From Candidatus Pacearchaeota archaeon (lineage in GTDB: Archaea; Nanobdellota; Nanobdellia; Pacearchaeales; GW2011-AR1), in contig JBAZOZ010000003.1 of NCBI GenBank assembly GCA_041648455.1, positions 1 to 56,579 on the forward strand: a DNA stretch of 56,579 bases. Reading direction: 5' to 3'. A program made the position numbers and the translations under genes. Numbering within the stretch: the first letter of the stretch is position 1; every line of letters begins with the position of its first letter. This document shows, one piece after another, positions 1-7,472 of this stretch. The notes below the pieces were generated by a model, which was given only the letters and a program-made list of their open reading frames with translations, ran no database searches and was not told the DNA's origin.

Positions 1-2
1 TA

Positions 3-314
3 AAAAAATTTGAAGTTATTGTTAAAGAAGGTAGATGTCAAAAAATTGGCAACACCTATCAACAAAAAGGAGTTGATACTTTATTAACAATGGACTTATC
101 AAGAATTCCTAAAAAAGAAGACATTGAGAATGTAATTGTATTAACCTCAGACACAGATTTTGTACCCATAATAAAAGATTTAAAAGAAGATGGAATTAAT
201 GTAATACTTGCTTATTTTACAGATAGAAAAAGAAAGTCTGGTTTTTCCTTATCCAATCATTTATGGAAAGCATGTAAAGATAAGATTCTTATTAAAAGAG
301 AGCATTTTATCTAA
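3..314 (+). CDS. NYN/LabA-like (DUF88) predicted ribonuclease, 5' end cut by window edge
   Basis: Frame is open from nt 3. KGVDTLLTMD and VLTSDTDFVPIIKDLKEDG resemble the acidic NYN/LabA core. Confidence 0.55.
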   Translation, partial: KKFEVIVKEGRCQKIGNTYQQKGVDTLLTMDLSRIPKKEDIENVIVLTSDTDFVPIIKDLKEDGINVILAYFTDRKRKSGFSLSNHLWKACKDKILIKREHFI

Positions 315-332
315 TCTTTTTCCCTAAAAATC

Positions 333-385
333 TCCCTAACCCGAACACTTCTGTTTGACATTCGGCGTGGGCGTAACTACTTTTA
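333..385 (+). repeat. Cassette-delimiting repeat, copy A (~55 nt)
   Basis: TCCCTAACCCGAACACTTCTGTTTGACATTCGGCGTGGGCGTAACTACTTTTA lies 19 nt after the NYN stop. First half matches copy B; second half is identical to copy D. Confidence 0.8.
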
Positions 386-452
386 GGTGGGCGTCGAACT
401 TTGGAGAATTTAAAATCAAAAAATTAATAACCTTCTTTTTCTTTCCTATCTT

Positions 453-770
453 ATGAATTTAGAAGAACTCAAAAATAAACTAAGAAAATATAAGAAGAAA
501 GATATTATCTTTACAAAGCATACAGAAATTAGGGCTCTATCTAGGAATATGAACTTAGATGAAATAAAAGAGAACATTATAAATCCTAAAAAATTAGTAT
601 TTTGTAAAGAACAAGATGCCGAAAATCCGAATGAGAAAAAATATGAATGTTATTTTGCATATTCTGAAAATCACTGCCATAAATATGTTCTAGTTTTGAA
701 CGGAAAGATTATTATAGTTACAATAATTGATATAAATAGAAATTGGCAGAGGATTATTCAAAGAAAATGA
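453..770 (+). CDS. DUF4258-like putative toxin
   Basis: 105 aa. IIFTKHTEIRALSRNM..., then a beta-rich C-terminus ending IIIVTIID. ATGA start/stop overlap with the next gene. Confidence 0.5.
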   Translation: MNLEELKNKLRKYKKKDIIFTKHTEIRALSRNMNLDEIKENIINPKKLVFCKEQDAENPNEKKYECYFAYSENHCHKYVLVLNGKIIIVTIIDINRNWQRIIQRK

Positions 771-1108
771 AAAGTTTTGATTACGATTATGATGAGGAAA
801 ATGATTCCCTATTTGTATATCTCCCAAATAAAAAATCAGCGGGAGCTGTGGAATTAGGAAACTTCTTATTTGATTTTGACGAAAATGAAAAATTAATGGC
901 TATTGAAATTTTAGATGCTTCCAAAACTCTTTCTAAACTTTTGTCAAAAATAATTGAGTTATCTAACAATGCAGAATTTAAAGTTGAAGTGACTGATTTT
1001 AGAAATATGAATAGTATCAGATTTTCAATAAAAACTCCTTCTGAAACAGAAACAGTAAATATTATCTTGCCAAATATAAGAGAGAAAAGTCCGGCATTGG
1101 ATTATTAA
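767..1108 (+). CDS. DUF2283-like putative antitoxin
   Basis: MKSFDYDYDEENDSLFVYL ... KLMAIEILDAS pattern. ATG at 767 overlaps the upstream TGA (768-770). The TTG at 743 in the ORF track is less likely. Confidence 0.5.
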   Translation: MKSFDYDYDEENDSLFVYLPNKKSAGAVELGNFLFDFDENEKLMAIEILDASKTLSKLLSKIIELSNNAEFKVEVTDFRNMNSIRFSIKTPSETETVNIILPNIREKSPALDY

Positions 1109-1135
1109 TCCATCTTTAACCTGAATATTTAAATT

Positions 1136-1191
1136 TCCCTAACCCGAACACTTCTGCTTGGCATTCGCCATAGGCGTCCCATTACATTTTA
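1136..1191 (+). repeat. Cassette-delimiting repeat, copy B
   Basis: TCCCTAACCCGAACACTTCTGCTTGGCATTCGCCATAGGCGTCCCATTACATTTTA begins 28 nt after the DUF2283 stop. Confidence 0.8.
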
Positions 1192-1235
1192 TCTAAAAAC
1201 ACAATATTTAAATACTTTGTAATGGTAATATATTC

Positions 1236-2093
1236 GTGAGAATAATAACAAGAAAAAAGGGAAATAAAAAATATTTCTATCTGCAGCATTCTTTAAGAAA
1301 AGATAAGAAAGTTATCACAAAAGAGAAATATCTTGGAACAGAAATTCCTGTAAATGTAGACGAGATTATATCCGTATTTCAGAAAGAAGTGCAAAAAGAT
1401 ATTAATAAAAAACTTGAAACAATAAAAAAGCATTTTCAATCTGAATGGAAAAGAATTCCAAAAAGTGCAAAAGAAAAAGAACTTGAAGAGATTTCCATCG
1501 CTTTTACTTATAACACCAATGCTATTGAAGGCTCCACAATTACTTTAGAAGAAGCAAGAGAGATTATCCATGATAAAATATCTCCAAATAAACCATTAAA
1601 AGATGTTAGAGAAACAGAAGCGCATAGCAAAGTATTTTTGCAGATGTTAAAGAAAAAGGAAAAAATAACAAAAGAATTATTATTGACATGGCATAAAGAT
1701 ATATTTGGTGAAACAAAATCAGATATTGCCGGAAAATTTAGAGATTATCTGGTTAGAGTTGGTTCTTATTTAGCTCCCGATTGGCAAGATGTTGAAAATC
1801 TCATGAAAGAATTTATAGAATTCATTAATAAAAATAAAAAAATGAATCCTGTTGAGTTAGCAGGAAGAGCACATAATAAATTTGAAAGCATTCATCCTTT
1901 TGGAGACGGAAACGGAAGGATTGGAAGACTATTAATGAACCATATTCTTTGGCATAAAAGTTACCCTATGCTCATCATAGAGTATAAAAAAAGAAAATCT
2001 TATTATAAAGCATTTGCTAAAGGTCAAGAAGCTTTTGTTGATTATTTCATAAGAAGATATCTAGCAGTTCATAAAAAAAGATATCTGAAATAA
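1236..2093 (+). CDS. Fic/DOC family protein (AMPylase-type)
   Basis: Canonical Fic motif HPFGDGNGRIGR. GTG start as in the ORF track. Confidence 0.85.
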   Translation: MRIITRKKGNKKYFYLQHSLRKDKKVITKEKYLGTEIPVNVDEIISVFQKEVQKDINKKLETIKKHFQSEWKRIPKSAKEKELEEISIAFTYNTNAIEGSTITLEEAREIIHDKISPNKPLKDVRETEAHSKVFLQMLKKKEKITKELLLTWHKDIFGETKSDIAGKFRDYLVRVGSYLAPDWQDVENLMKEFIEFINKNKKMNPVELAGRAHNKFESIHPFGDGNGRIGRLLMNHILWHKSYPMLIIEYKKRKSYYKAFAKGQEAFVDYFIRRYLAVHKKRYLK

Positions 2094-2137
2094 TCCTACT
2101 CCCCGCACCTCTCAGCCTAGGCGTATGAATTATTTTA
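2094..2137 (+). repeat. Cassette-delimiting repeat, copy C (divergent)
   Basis: TCCTACTCCCCGCACCTCTCAGCCTAGGCGTATGAATTATTTTA starts immediately after the Fic stop. It shares the TCC..C.CAC.TCT...TAGGCGT...TTTTA skeleton with A and B. Confidence 0.5.
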
Positions 2138-2139
2138 TA

Positions 2140-2280
2140 TTATCTTGATTTTTTAATTGCATCAATCTTACCACACGCGTCTCTTAAAATACATCTATTA
2201 CAAATACCTGAATTTTTTGACCATTCTTTTGTTCCATAACAAGCTTTTTTTAAGTGTTGCTGTACTTGACTTTTAACCAT
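2140..2280 (-). CDS. Small 46-aa Cys-containing ORF (hypothetical)
   Basis: MVKSQVQQHLKKACYGTKEWSKNSGICNRCILRDACGKIDAIKKSR, four Cys. Below the ORF-track length cutoff. It fills the cassette between repeats C and D. Confidence 0.3.
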   Translation of the reverse strand: MVKSQVQQHLKKACYGTKEWSKNSGICNRCILRDACGKIDAIKKSR

Positions 2281-2337
2281 TAAAAATGCAATCGCTAATC
2301 ATTTATATATACTCTTACACTTGGATAACTAATCAAT

Positions 2338-2394
2338 TCCCTGTATAAAATGAACAAAATCGTTTGCCTTTCGGCGTGGGCGTAACTACTTTTA
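2338..2394 (+). repeat. Cassette-delimiting repeat, copy D
   Basis: TCCCT...GTTTGCCTTTCGGCGTGGGCGTAACTACTTTTA. The 3' 27 nt are identical to copy A. Confidence 0.75.
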
Positions 2395-2424
2395 TCAATT
2401 AACAAACAGATTTAAAAAATAGAT

Positions 2425-2877
2425 TTGATTAATGAGAGTATGAAAAAAAAGAGCACAAAAACAAAAGCATGCAATAAGAAACTGCATAAGGCTTTTGTCA
2501 AACTTCTTTTGAAATATCCTGTTGCAAATATCAAATTTTCTAAAGGGAGGCTTTCTCTTAATTTTTTTAATCACAGAATCTCAGACAAAATTATTCTCAA
2601 AAAAGAAGAGCATGTTGCAGAATGGAGCAGAAAGAGAAGAGAAATTTTTATAGATAAGAATTTTGGTGAAGGAGAAAAGGAAAAATCGTTCAGAGCATTA
2701 TGTATTCATGAATTAATCGAGAGATTTCTATCTGAAGAGTTTGGGCTTAACGTTGATGAGGAAGCTCATGTTGTTGCCACCAAAAAAGAAAAAGAATATC
2801 TGGAAAGTGTAAAAAGCAATTGGAGAAGTCATGAATTAAAAGTATTCTGGGATTGGCATAAACTTGGAGAACACTGA
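2425..2877 (+). CDS. Hypothetical protein (CIHELIERF ... EEAH)
   Basis: 150-aa ORF; the ATG at 2440 is an alternative start. Its stop overlaps the next ATG (TGATG). Confidence 0.45.
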   Translation: MINESMKKKSTKTKACNKKLHKAFVKLLLKYPVANIKFSKGRLSLNFFNHRISDKIILKKEEHVAEWSRKRREIFIDKNFGEGEKEKSFRALCIHELIERFLSEEFGLNVDEEAHVVATKKEKEYLESVKSNWRSHELKVFWDWHKLGEH

Positions 2878-3590
2878 TGGAATTCGAAAAAGTAAAAATT
2901 AATAAAAAACTTTTTTACTGGACATGGAAAGATTTGGATTTTCTGCCTTATGCATGGCTTGAAAAAAAAGATTTGAAAACCCTGCCGACACCTTTTCTTA
3001 TAACTGAAATACATCCAGATTGCCCGGTTGGCTTTGAAACAAAAGAAAAAAACTGGTTTACTAATATAATAAAACTCCCAGACAGCTTTGATAAATTAAG
3101 ACTGGACAACGACTTAAGAAAAGATTTGAAAAGAGTTGAAAAAAAGAATGCAGATGTAAAAATAATCTATAATGAAAAAGATGCGCTTGACAAAAGCAAG
3201 AAATGGTTCTTAGAATTCTGGAAAGAAAATAAAAAAGATTTTCAAAGAAGACTTAAACTATGGAAAGAAAAATGCTGCACAATAAGTGCATATTTAGGAA
3301 AGGAATTAATAGCAGTCCATATCACAATGAAAGAAAAAGATACAGTTTTTTATCTTGGCTGCTGGTGGAACAGGAAATATAGCTCATTATCTACTCCAAC
3401 TTTCTTACTTAAAAAAGATATAGAAAAAGCGATAAGGGATGGAATGAAGTATTACGATCTTGAAGTTGGCGAAGAATCTTACAAGAAAAAATGGGGAGTT
3501 ATTGAAAAACCTACAAAATATTATGCTGTCCTTACAAAAGAGCTGGCTGATTATCTTGAAATAGAAAATTACGTTAGAATAGAAATGTAA
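2877..3590 (+). CDS. GNAT-fold acyltransferase, FemAB/CelD (BioF2-like) type
   Basis: C-terminal GCWWNRKY...YYDLEVGEESYKKKWG pattern is typical of the FemAB/CelD-like acetyltransferase family. Confidence 0.5.
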   Translation: MEFEKVKINKKLFYWTWKDLDFLPYAWLEKKDLKTLPTPFLITEIHPDCPVGFETKEKNWFTNIIKLPDSFDKLRLDNDLRKDLKRVEKKNADVKIIYNEKDALDKSKKWFLEFWKENKKDFQRRLKLWKEKCCTISAYLGKELIAVHITMKEKDTVFYLGCWWNRKYSSLSTPTFLLKKDIEKAIRDGMKYYDLEVGEESYKKKWGVIEKPTKYYAVLTKELADYLEIENYVRIEM

Positions 3591-3664
3591 ATTACTTTGC
3601 ATTATTCAGCGTAGACATTTCCCCCAAACAAATATTTAAAAACAAATTCCTTTTCTTCTTTTTA

Positions 3665-5161
3665 ATGGACTCAAAAAATAATAAACAATCAAAGAATTTT
3701 TTATTTGTATATCCTTTAAAATTATCTGAATGTTCAAGCATAGAAATTCTTTCGGCAGTTCTTAAAAAAGCCGGACACAACACAAGTTTAATTCTTCATC
3801 ACAATCAAGAAAAATATTTTGAGAATAGATTAAAAAAAAGAATTGAAGAATTCAAACCAGACTTCATCGGATTTTCTGTAATGACAACTGATTATGCCTG
3901 GGCATTAAAAACCGCAAACCTCGTAAGAAAATTCACAGCCGCGCCAATTGTCTTCGGTGGAATACAAGTAACTTCCTGTCCAGAAGAAGTAATAAGCCAT
4001 GACTGCGTTGATTTTATTGTCGTAGGAGAAGGGGAAGGGGCTATATTAGAATTAATTGAAAATCCAAAAAAACAAAACATAAAAAATGTCTGGCTAAAAA
4101 AAGATAAAAGGATAATCAAGAACCCATTAAGGCCTTTAATTCAAAATTTAGATTCAATCCCGTTTTTAGACAAGCAACTCTTTTTAAGAGAAGCTCCGCA
4201 TTTCAAAGAATTATATGTTTGCATGACTGGAAGGGGCTGTCCTTTTTCCTGCACATATTGTTTTAATTGCTTTATGAGAAATTTATATCCTGGAGAAAAA
4301 TGGGTGAGGAAAAGAAGCGTGCAAAATGTTATTGAAGAATTGAAATTAGCAAAACAAAAAATAAATCCAAAAACCATTTTATTTATTGATGATTGTTTTA
4401 CAAGCCACAAAGAATGGCTCTTGGAATTTTTAAAAATATACCAAAAAGAAATCAACCTTCCTTTCAAGGTTCTTACACATCCAAATTTTGTCAATGATGA
4501 GATGTTATCAGCATTAAAAAAATCCAAATGCGTTAGCATTGAATTAGGAGTTCAAACACCGTCGGAAAGAGTAAGGAAAGATATATGCAAAAGAAACGAG
4601 AGCAACGAATTAGTCAAAGAAGTTGTTCAGAAAATAAAAAACCACAAAATGTTCGTTCTAACCGACCATATTTTTCAACTCCCTTCAACAACATTTGAAG
4701 AATATGAAAAAGGTTTGGAGTTTTATATTGACATCAAGCCAAGTAAAATCACCCAATTCTGGCTTCAATATTATCCAAACACAGAAATAGTTGAAATAGG
4801 AAAAAAATACGGCGAATACACGGACAAAGAACTAAAAGAAACAATTAAGGGAAACATTGTCTGGGATGAACACAATCAAAGAAAAATAAAAGCAAATCCA
4901 GAACTCGCATATATAGCAAGATTTATTTGCTGGATTCCGATTTTGCCGAGGAGTGCCAGCAGATATCTTCTGAGAAAAAGATTATACAGAAAAATTTTCT
5001 TCACAGATAATTTAAATGTTGTTCCATACATATTGAAATATCTTTCTTCCTTCAGCACAATCCCAGTCACATTGAGGGCGTTGAAAAGAACAATCATAAT
5101 GAAAAGATATTTAACACAATTGAATAAAGAAGGTGAAATGAATTCGGAATACAAAAATTGA
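3665..5161 (+). CDS. B12-binding-domain radical SAM protein (COG1032 type), paralog 1
   Basis: N-terminal Rossmann-like B12 domain (FIGFSVMTTDY...VFGG) followed by GRGCPFSCTYC (CxxxCxxC). Confidence 0.8.
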   Translation: MDSKNNKQSKNFLFVYPLKLSECSSIEILSAVLKKAGHNTSLILHHNQEKYFENRLKKRIEEFKPDFIGFSVMTTDYAWALKTANLVRKFTAAPIVFGGIQVTSCPEEVISHDCVDFIVVGEGEGAILELIENPKKQNIKNVWLKKDKRIIKNPLRPLIQNLDSIPFLDKQLFLREAPHFKELYVCMTGRGCPFSCTYCFNCFMRNLYPGEKWVRKRSVQNVIEELKLAKQKINPKTILFIDDCFTSHKEWLLEFLKIYQKEINLPFKVLTHPNFVNDEMLSALKKSKCVSIELGVQTPSERVRKDICKRNESNELVKEVVQKIKNHKMFVLTDHIFQLPSTTFEEYEKGLEFYIDIKPSKITQFWLQYYPNTEIVEIGKKYGEYTDKELKETIKGNIVWDEHNQRKIKANPELAYIARFICWIPILPRSASRYLLRKRLYRKIFFTDNLNVVPYILKYLSSFSTIPVTLRALKRTIIMKRYLTQLNKEGEMNSEYKN

Positions 5162-5201
5162 AAATGCTCGCAACAAGTTACTCTAATAAATTATTCATTA
5201 A

Positions 5202-5250
5202 ACTTCAATCTTGCAAAAGTTGAAGTCCCAGAAAATTTCCTATTTTCTGA
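5202..5250 (-). repeat. PE palindromic element, intergenic copy (PE-g)
   Basis: ACTTCAA..TTGAAGT hairpin followed by CAGAAAAT-TTCCT-ATTTTCTG hairpin, in the same order as the other PE copies. Confidence 0.6.
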
Positions 5251-5285
5251 GTCGCCTTCGGCAGATTAATTCACTTTAAAATACC

Positions 5286-5342
5286 TTAATGCATTAGAAT
5301 TCTGATTTAGTGAATAACATGACGAAATCTGTTATGAGCAAT
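5286..5342 (+). repeat. SR-2 short repeat, copy i
   Basis: TTAATGCATTAGAATTC..TTAGTGAATAACATGACGAAATCTGTTATGAGCAAT. Internal hairpin TAACA/TGTTA. Confidence 0.6.
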
Positions 5343-5372
5343 TAATTGTAAACAAAGTGAACAGAATATCTT

Positions 5373-5497
5373 TAATACAGCAAAAATTGTTTTTTGCGTA
5401 AACTCCCTGTTTTAACTCGTGAGAAAGCAAAAACAATTTTTGGAGTGTTCAAGAACCCGAGACACGCCCAGAAATTTATTCCGAGGGTTCTTGACAT
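5373..5497 (+). repeat. 125-nt two-hairpin element, copy 1
   Basis: TAATACAGCAAAAATTGTTTTTTGCG...GCAAAAACAATTTTTGG (about 17-bp stem) plus TCAAGAACCC...GGGTTCTTGA (10-bp stem), ending CTTGACAT. Confidence 0.9.
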
Positions 5498-5535
5498 TTT
5501 TAAACGAATAATTTTACAAAACCAATCTACATAAT

Positions 5536-5546
5536 CTTTATAAATT
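5536..5546 (+). promoter_or_regulatory. TATA-box-like motif upstream of radical SAM paralog 2
   Basis: CTTTATAAATT is centred about 25 nt upstream of the ATG at 5566. Same spacing as other first genes here, which suggests leaderless mRNA. Confidence 0.35.
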
Positions 5547-5565
5547 ATTATAACAAATCTAAATT

Positions 5566-6987
5566 ATGAGAATTTTATTTTTAAGTCCTCCAAGTAAAAA
5601 TGATCTTTTTCCTCCACTGGGAATAGCATACATAACTGCTCTCTTGAATAAAAATAATCACGAAGCGATAATAAAAGAAGGAAATAATAGTTCTTTCAAG
5701 GAACTTTTAGAAGCTGTTAGAAAAACAAAACCAGATATCGTAGGTATAACCATGAATACCAACACAAGATTCGTCGGACTAAAAATTGCTAAGGAAATTA
5801 AAGAGAAATATAAAATTCCAATTGTTCTCGGAGGACCTCACCCAACACTAATGACTGACCAAATTCTAAAAAATTATCCTTTTGTGGATTATATTGTAAG
5901 AAACGAGGGAGAATACACAACACTTAATTTATTGGATTGTTTAGAAAAAAAAACCGAGTTAAAAAAAGTAAAAGGAATTTCTTACAGAACAAACGGAGAA
6001 ATAATCCATAACGAAAATGCAGAACCAATTATAGATTTAGATTCCCTTCCATACCCCGAATATAAATTTTTCAATCTCGCAGGTTATTCCAAAAATCCAG
6101 AACACCCAAAAGAATTATTAAAATATCCTGTAGGAAGTATAATTTCTTCAAGAGGCTGTCCATATAGATGCACCTTTTGTTCCAGTTCTATTTTTTGGGG
6201 AAGTAAAATAAGATTCAGAAAACCCCAATGTGTTGTTGATGAAATGGAACAATTATATAATAAATATAACACAAAGTACATTGTATTTAACGACGATAAT
6301 TTTACCACAGATAAGAAAAGAACAATTGAAATTTGCAAATTGATAATTAAAAAAGGGCTCGACAAAAAAATAGCCTGGCTTTGCAGAGCAGAAGTTAATA
6401 TCGTAGATTTGGAGCTTTTAACCTGGCTAAAAAAAGCAAACTGCCACACCATCGAATACGGCGTCGAAGACGCAAGCCCAGAAGGATTAAAATTTTTTAA
6501 AAAAGCACATACAATGGAACAGGCTTACAAGGCGTTTGAATTAACTAATCAAATTGGACTGGCTACAAGAAGTTACTTTATCATAGGTGGAGATCACGAA
6601 ACTCCCGAGAATATAGAATTAAAAAAACGGGCTATAGAAAAATTAAATCCAACAATAACAACCGCATCATTATTAATTGCATATCCCGGAACAGAAATAT
6701 ATGAAATCGGCAAAAAAAGAAGATTATGGGATGATTCTATCTGGCTCAAACCATGCATCGGAAAAAATTTTCATAACCATATTCCGATATATCCAAGCAA
6801 AAATATGAGTTTGGGACAATTATTTTCAGCGTCGGCAGATATCGATTATTGGTGGAACAGAAAGAAAGGAAACTTCAGTCTAAAAGTTAAGATTAAAACT
6901 CTCAAAGATCTTTTAAGAAAAAGAGATTTTTCAAAAATATACTGGATGAGCAAATCCGTTCTTCTCAGAAGCTTGAATGGTTCTTAA
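5566..6987 (+). CDS. B12-binding-domain radical SAM protein, paralog 2
   Basis: IVGITMNTNTR...VLGGPH B12-like domain followed by SRGCPYRCTFC. Confidence 0.8.
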   Translation: MRILFLSPPSKNDLFPPLGIAYITALLNKNNHEAIIKEGNNSSFKELLEAVRKTKPDIVGITMNTNTRFVGLKIAKEIKEKYKIPIVLGGPHPTLMTDQILKNYPFVDYIVRNEGEYTTLNLLDCLEKKTELKKVKGISYRTNGEIIHNENAEPIIDLDSLPYPEYKFFNLAGYSKNPEHPKELLKYPVGSIISSRGCPYRCTFCSSSIFWGSKIRFRKPQCVVDEMEQLYNKYNTKYIVFNDDNFTTDKKRTIEICKLIIKKGLDKKIAWLCRAEVNIVDLELLTWLKKANCHTIEYGVEDASPEGLKFFKKAHTMEQAYKAFELTNQIGLATRSYFIIGGDHETPENIELKKRAIEKLNPTITTASLLIAYPGTEIYEIGKKRRLWDDSIWLKPCIGKNFHNHIPIYPSKNMSLGQLFSASADIDYWWNRKKGNFSLKVKIKTLKDLLRKRDFSKIYWMSKSVLLRSLNGS

Positions 6988-6991
6988 AAAC

Positions 6992-7116
6992 ATGTCAAGA
7001 ACCCTCGGAATAAATTTCTGGGCGTGTCTCGGGTTCTTGAACACCCCAAAAATTGTTTTTGCTTTCTCACGAGTTAAAACGGGGAGTTTACGCAAAAAAC
7101 AATTTTTGCTGTATTA
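6992..7116 (-). repeat. 125-nt two-hairpin element, copy 2 (inverted relative to copy 1)
   Basis: The reverse complement differs from copy 1 at 2 positions. It starts 5 nt after the radical SAM stop and lies 30 nt beyond the PC4-like gene stop. Confidence 0.9.
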
Positions 7117-7146
7117 ATCTTGCGAAGCAAAAAATTAAAGATTAAA

Positions 7147-7440
7147 TTAATAGTCCGGCATCTCATCGAGGGTTTCTTGATTTTTTGGAAGTTTTTTTGC
7201 TTCCGGCTTGTCTTTCTTTTCAGAATCTTTCATATCTTCCAAATCAATTGAATTAATCATTTCTCTGAATTTCAGAAAATCTGGCGCGAGAATTCTTACT
7301 CCTGATTTTGTGAAACCAGTATATTTGTCGCTTGTAACAAATTCCCTTATTGTCAATCCCACTCTTCCTCCGAAATCGTCAAGTCTTAAGATTATGTCTG
7401 AGGTTTCGTTTTTATTCAATTTTCCAATGTCTTTTTCCAT
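7147..7440 (-). CDS. PC4/p15-like ssDNA-binding transcriptional coactivator family protein
   Basis: RLDDFGGRVGLTIREFVTSDKYTGFTKSGVRI resembles the PC4 fold signature. Acidic/basic C-terminal tail. Confidence 0.45.
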   Translation of the reverse strand: MEKDIGKLNKNETSDIILRLDDFGGRVGLTIREFVTSDKYTGFTKSGVRILAPDFLKFREMINSIDLEDMKDSEKKDKPEAKKLPKNQETLDEMPDY

Positions 7441-7472
7441 GTCTGCTTGAAGAATAAAGATTATTTAAATAT

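Noticed and set aside
787-969. Antisense or alternative-frame track ORFs inside well-supported genes. Examples are 787-969, 2829-3014, 3405-3602, 3592-3783, 3892-4119, 4141-4539, 4876-5154, 6084-6452, 7208-7450, 8213-8422, 13693-13987, 16598-16810 and 17107-17304. Further examples are 20186-20576, 21487-22544, 23200-23382, 25789-25986, 26932-27339, 27455-27664, 29487-29741, 31447-31869 and 32406-32639. The remainder are 35097-35285, 38879-39220, 40066-40248, 41117-41332, 41700-42005, 42518-42709, 44004-44279, 46913-47122, 47512-47724, 49333-49638, 51751-51942, 52254-53060, 53632-53853, 54433-54801 and 55106-55528.
   Set aside because: Each overlaps a longer ORF that has clear family motifs or better context. 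Their translations are low-complexity (F/L/I/S/K-rich), as expected for shadow frames in AT-rich DNA.
333-2394. Calling the four ~55-nt repeats bona fide integron attC sites
   Set aside because: Only approximate R''-like (CCCTAAC) and R'-like (TTTAGGT) cores occur in copy A. Copies B-D end in TTTTATC/TTTTATA, and I cannot draw the L''/L' pairing with extrahelical bases. I kept this as a finding (cassette-like array) but not as an attC annotation.
5307-5342. SR-2 repeats as box C/D sRNAs (they contain CTGA and ATGA words)
   Set aside because: There is no RUGAUGA C box and no terminal C/D pairing, and the C-D'-C'-D order and spacing are absent. The CTGA/ATGA words are expected by chance in this composition.
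5373-5497. A small self-cleaving ribozyme (hammerhead-like CUCGUGAGAAA) inside the 125-nt element
   Set aside because: The CUGAUGA core is not matched (CUCGUGA), and the helix arrangement does not fit hammerhead, twister or HDV-like topologies as far as I can judge by eye. It would need a covariance-model scan.
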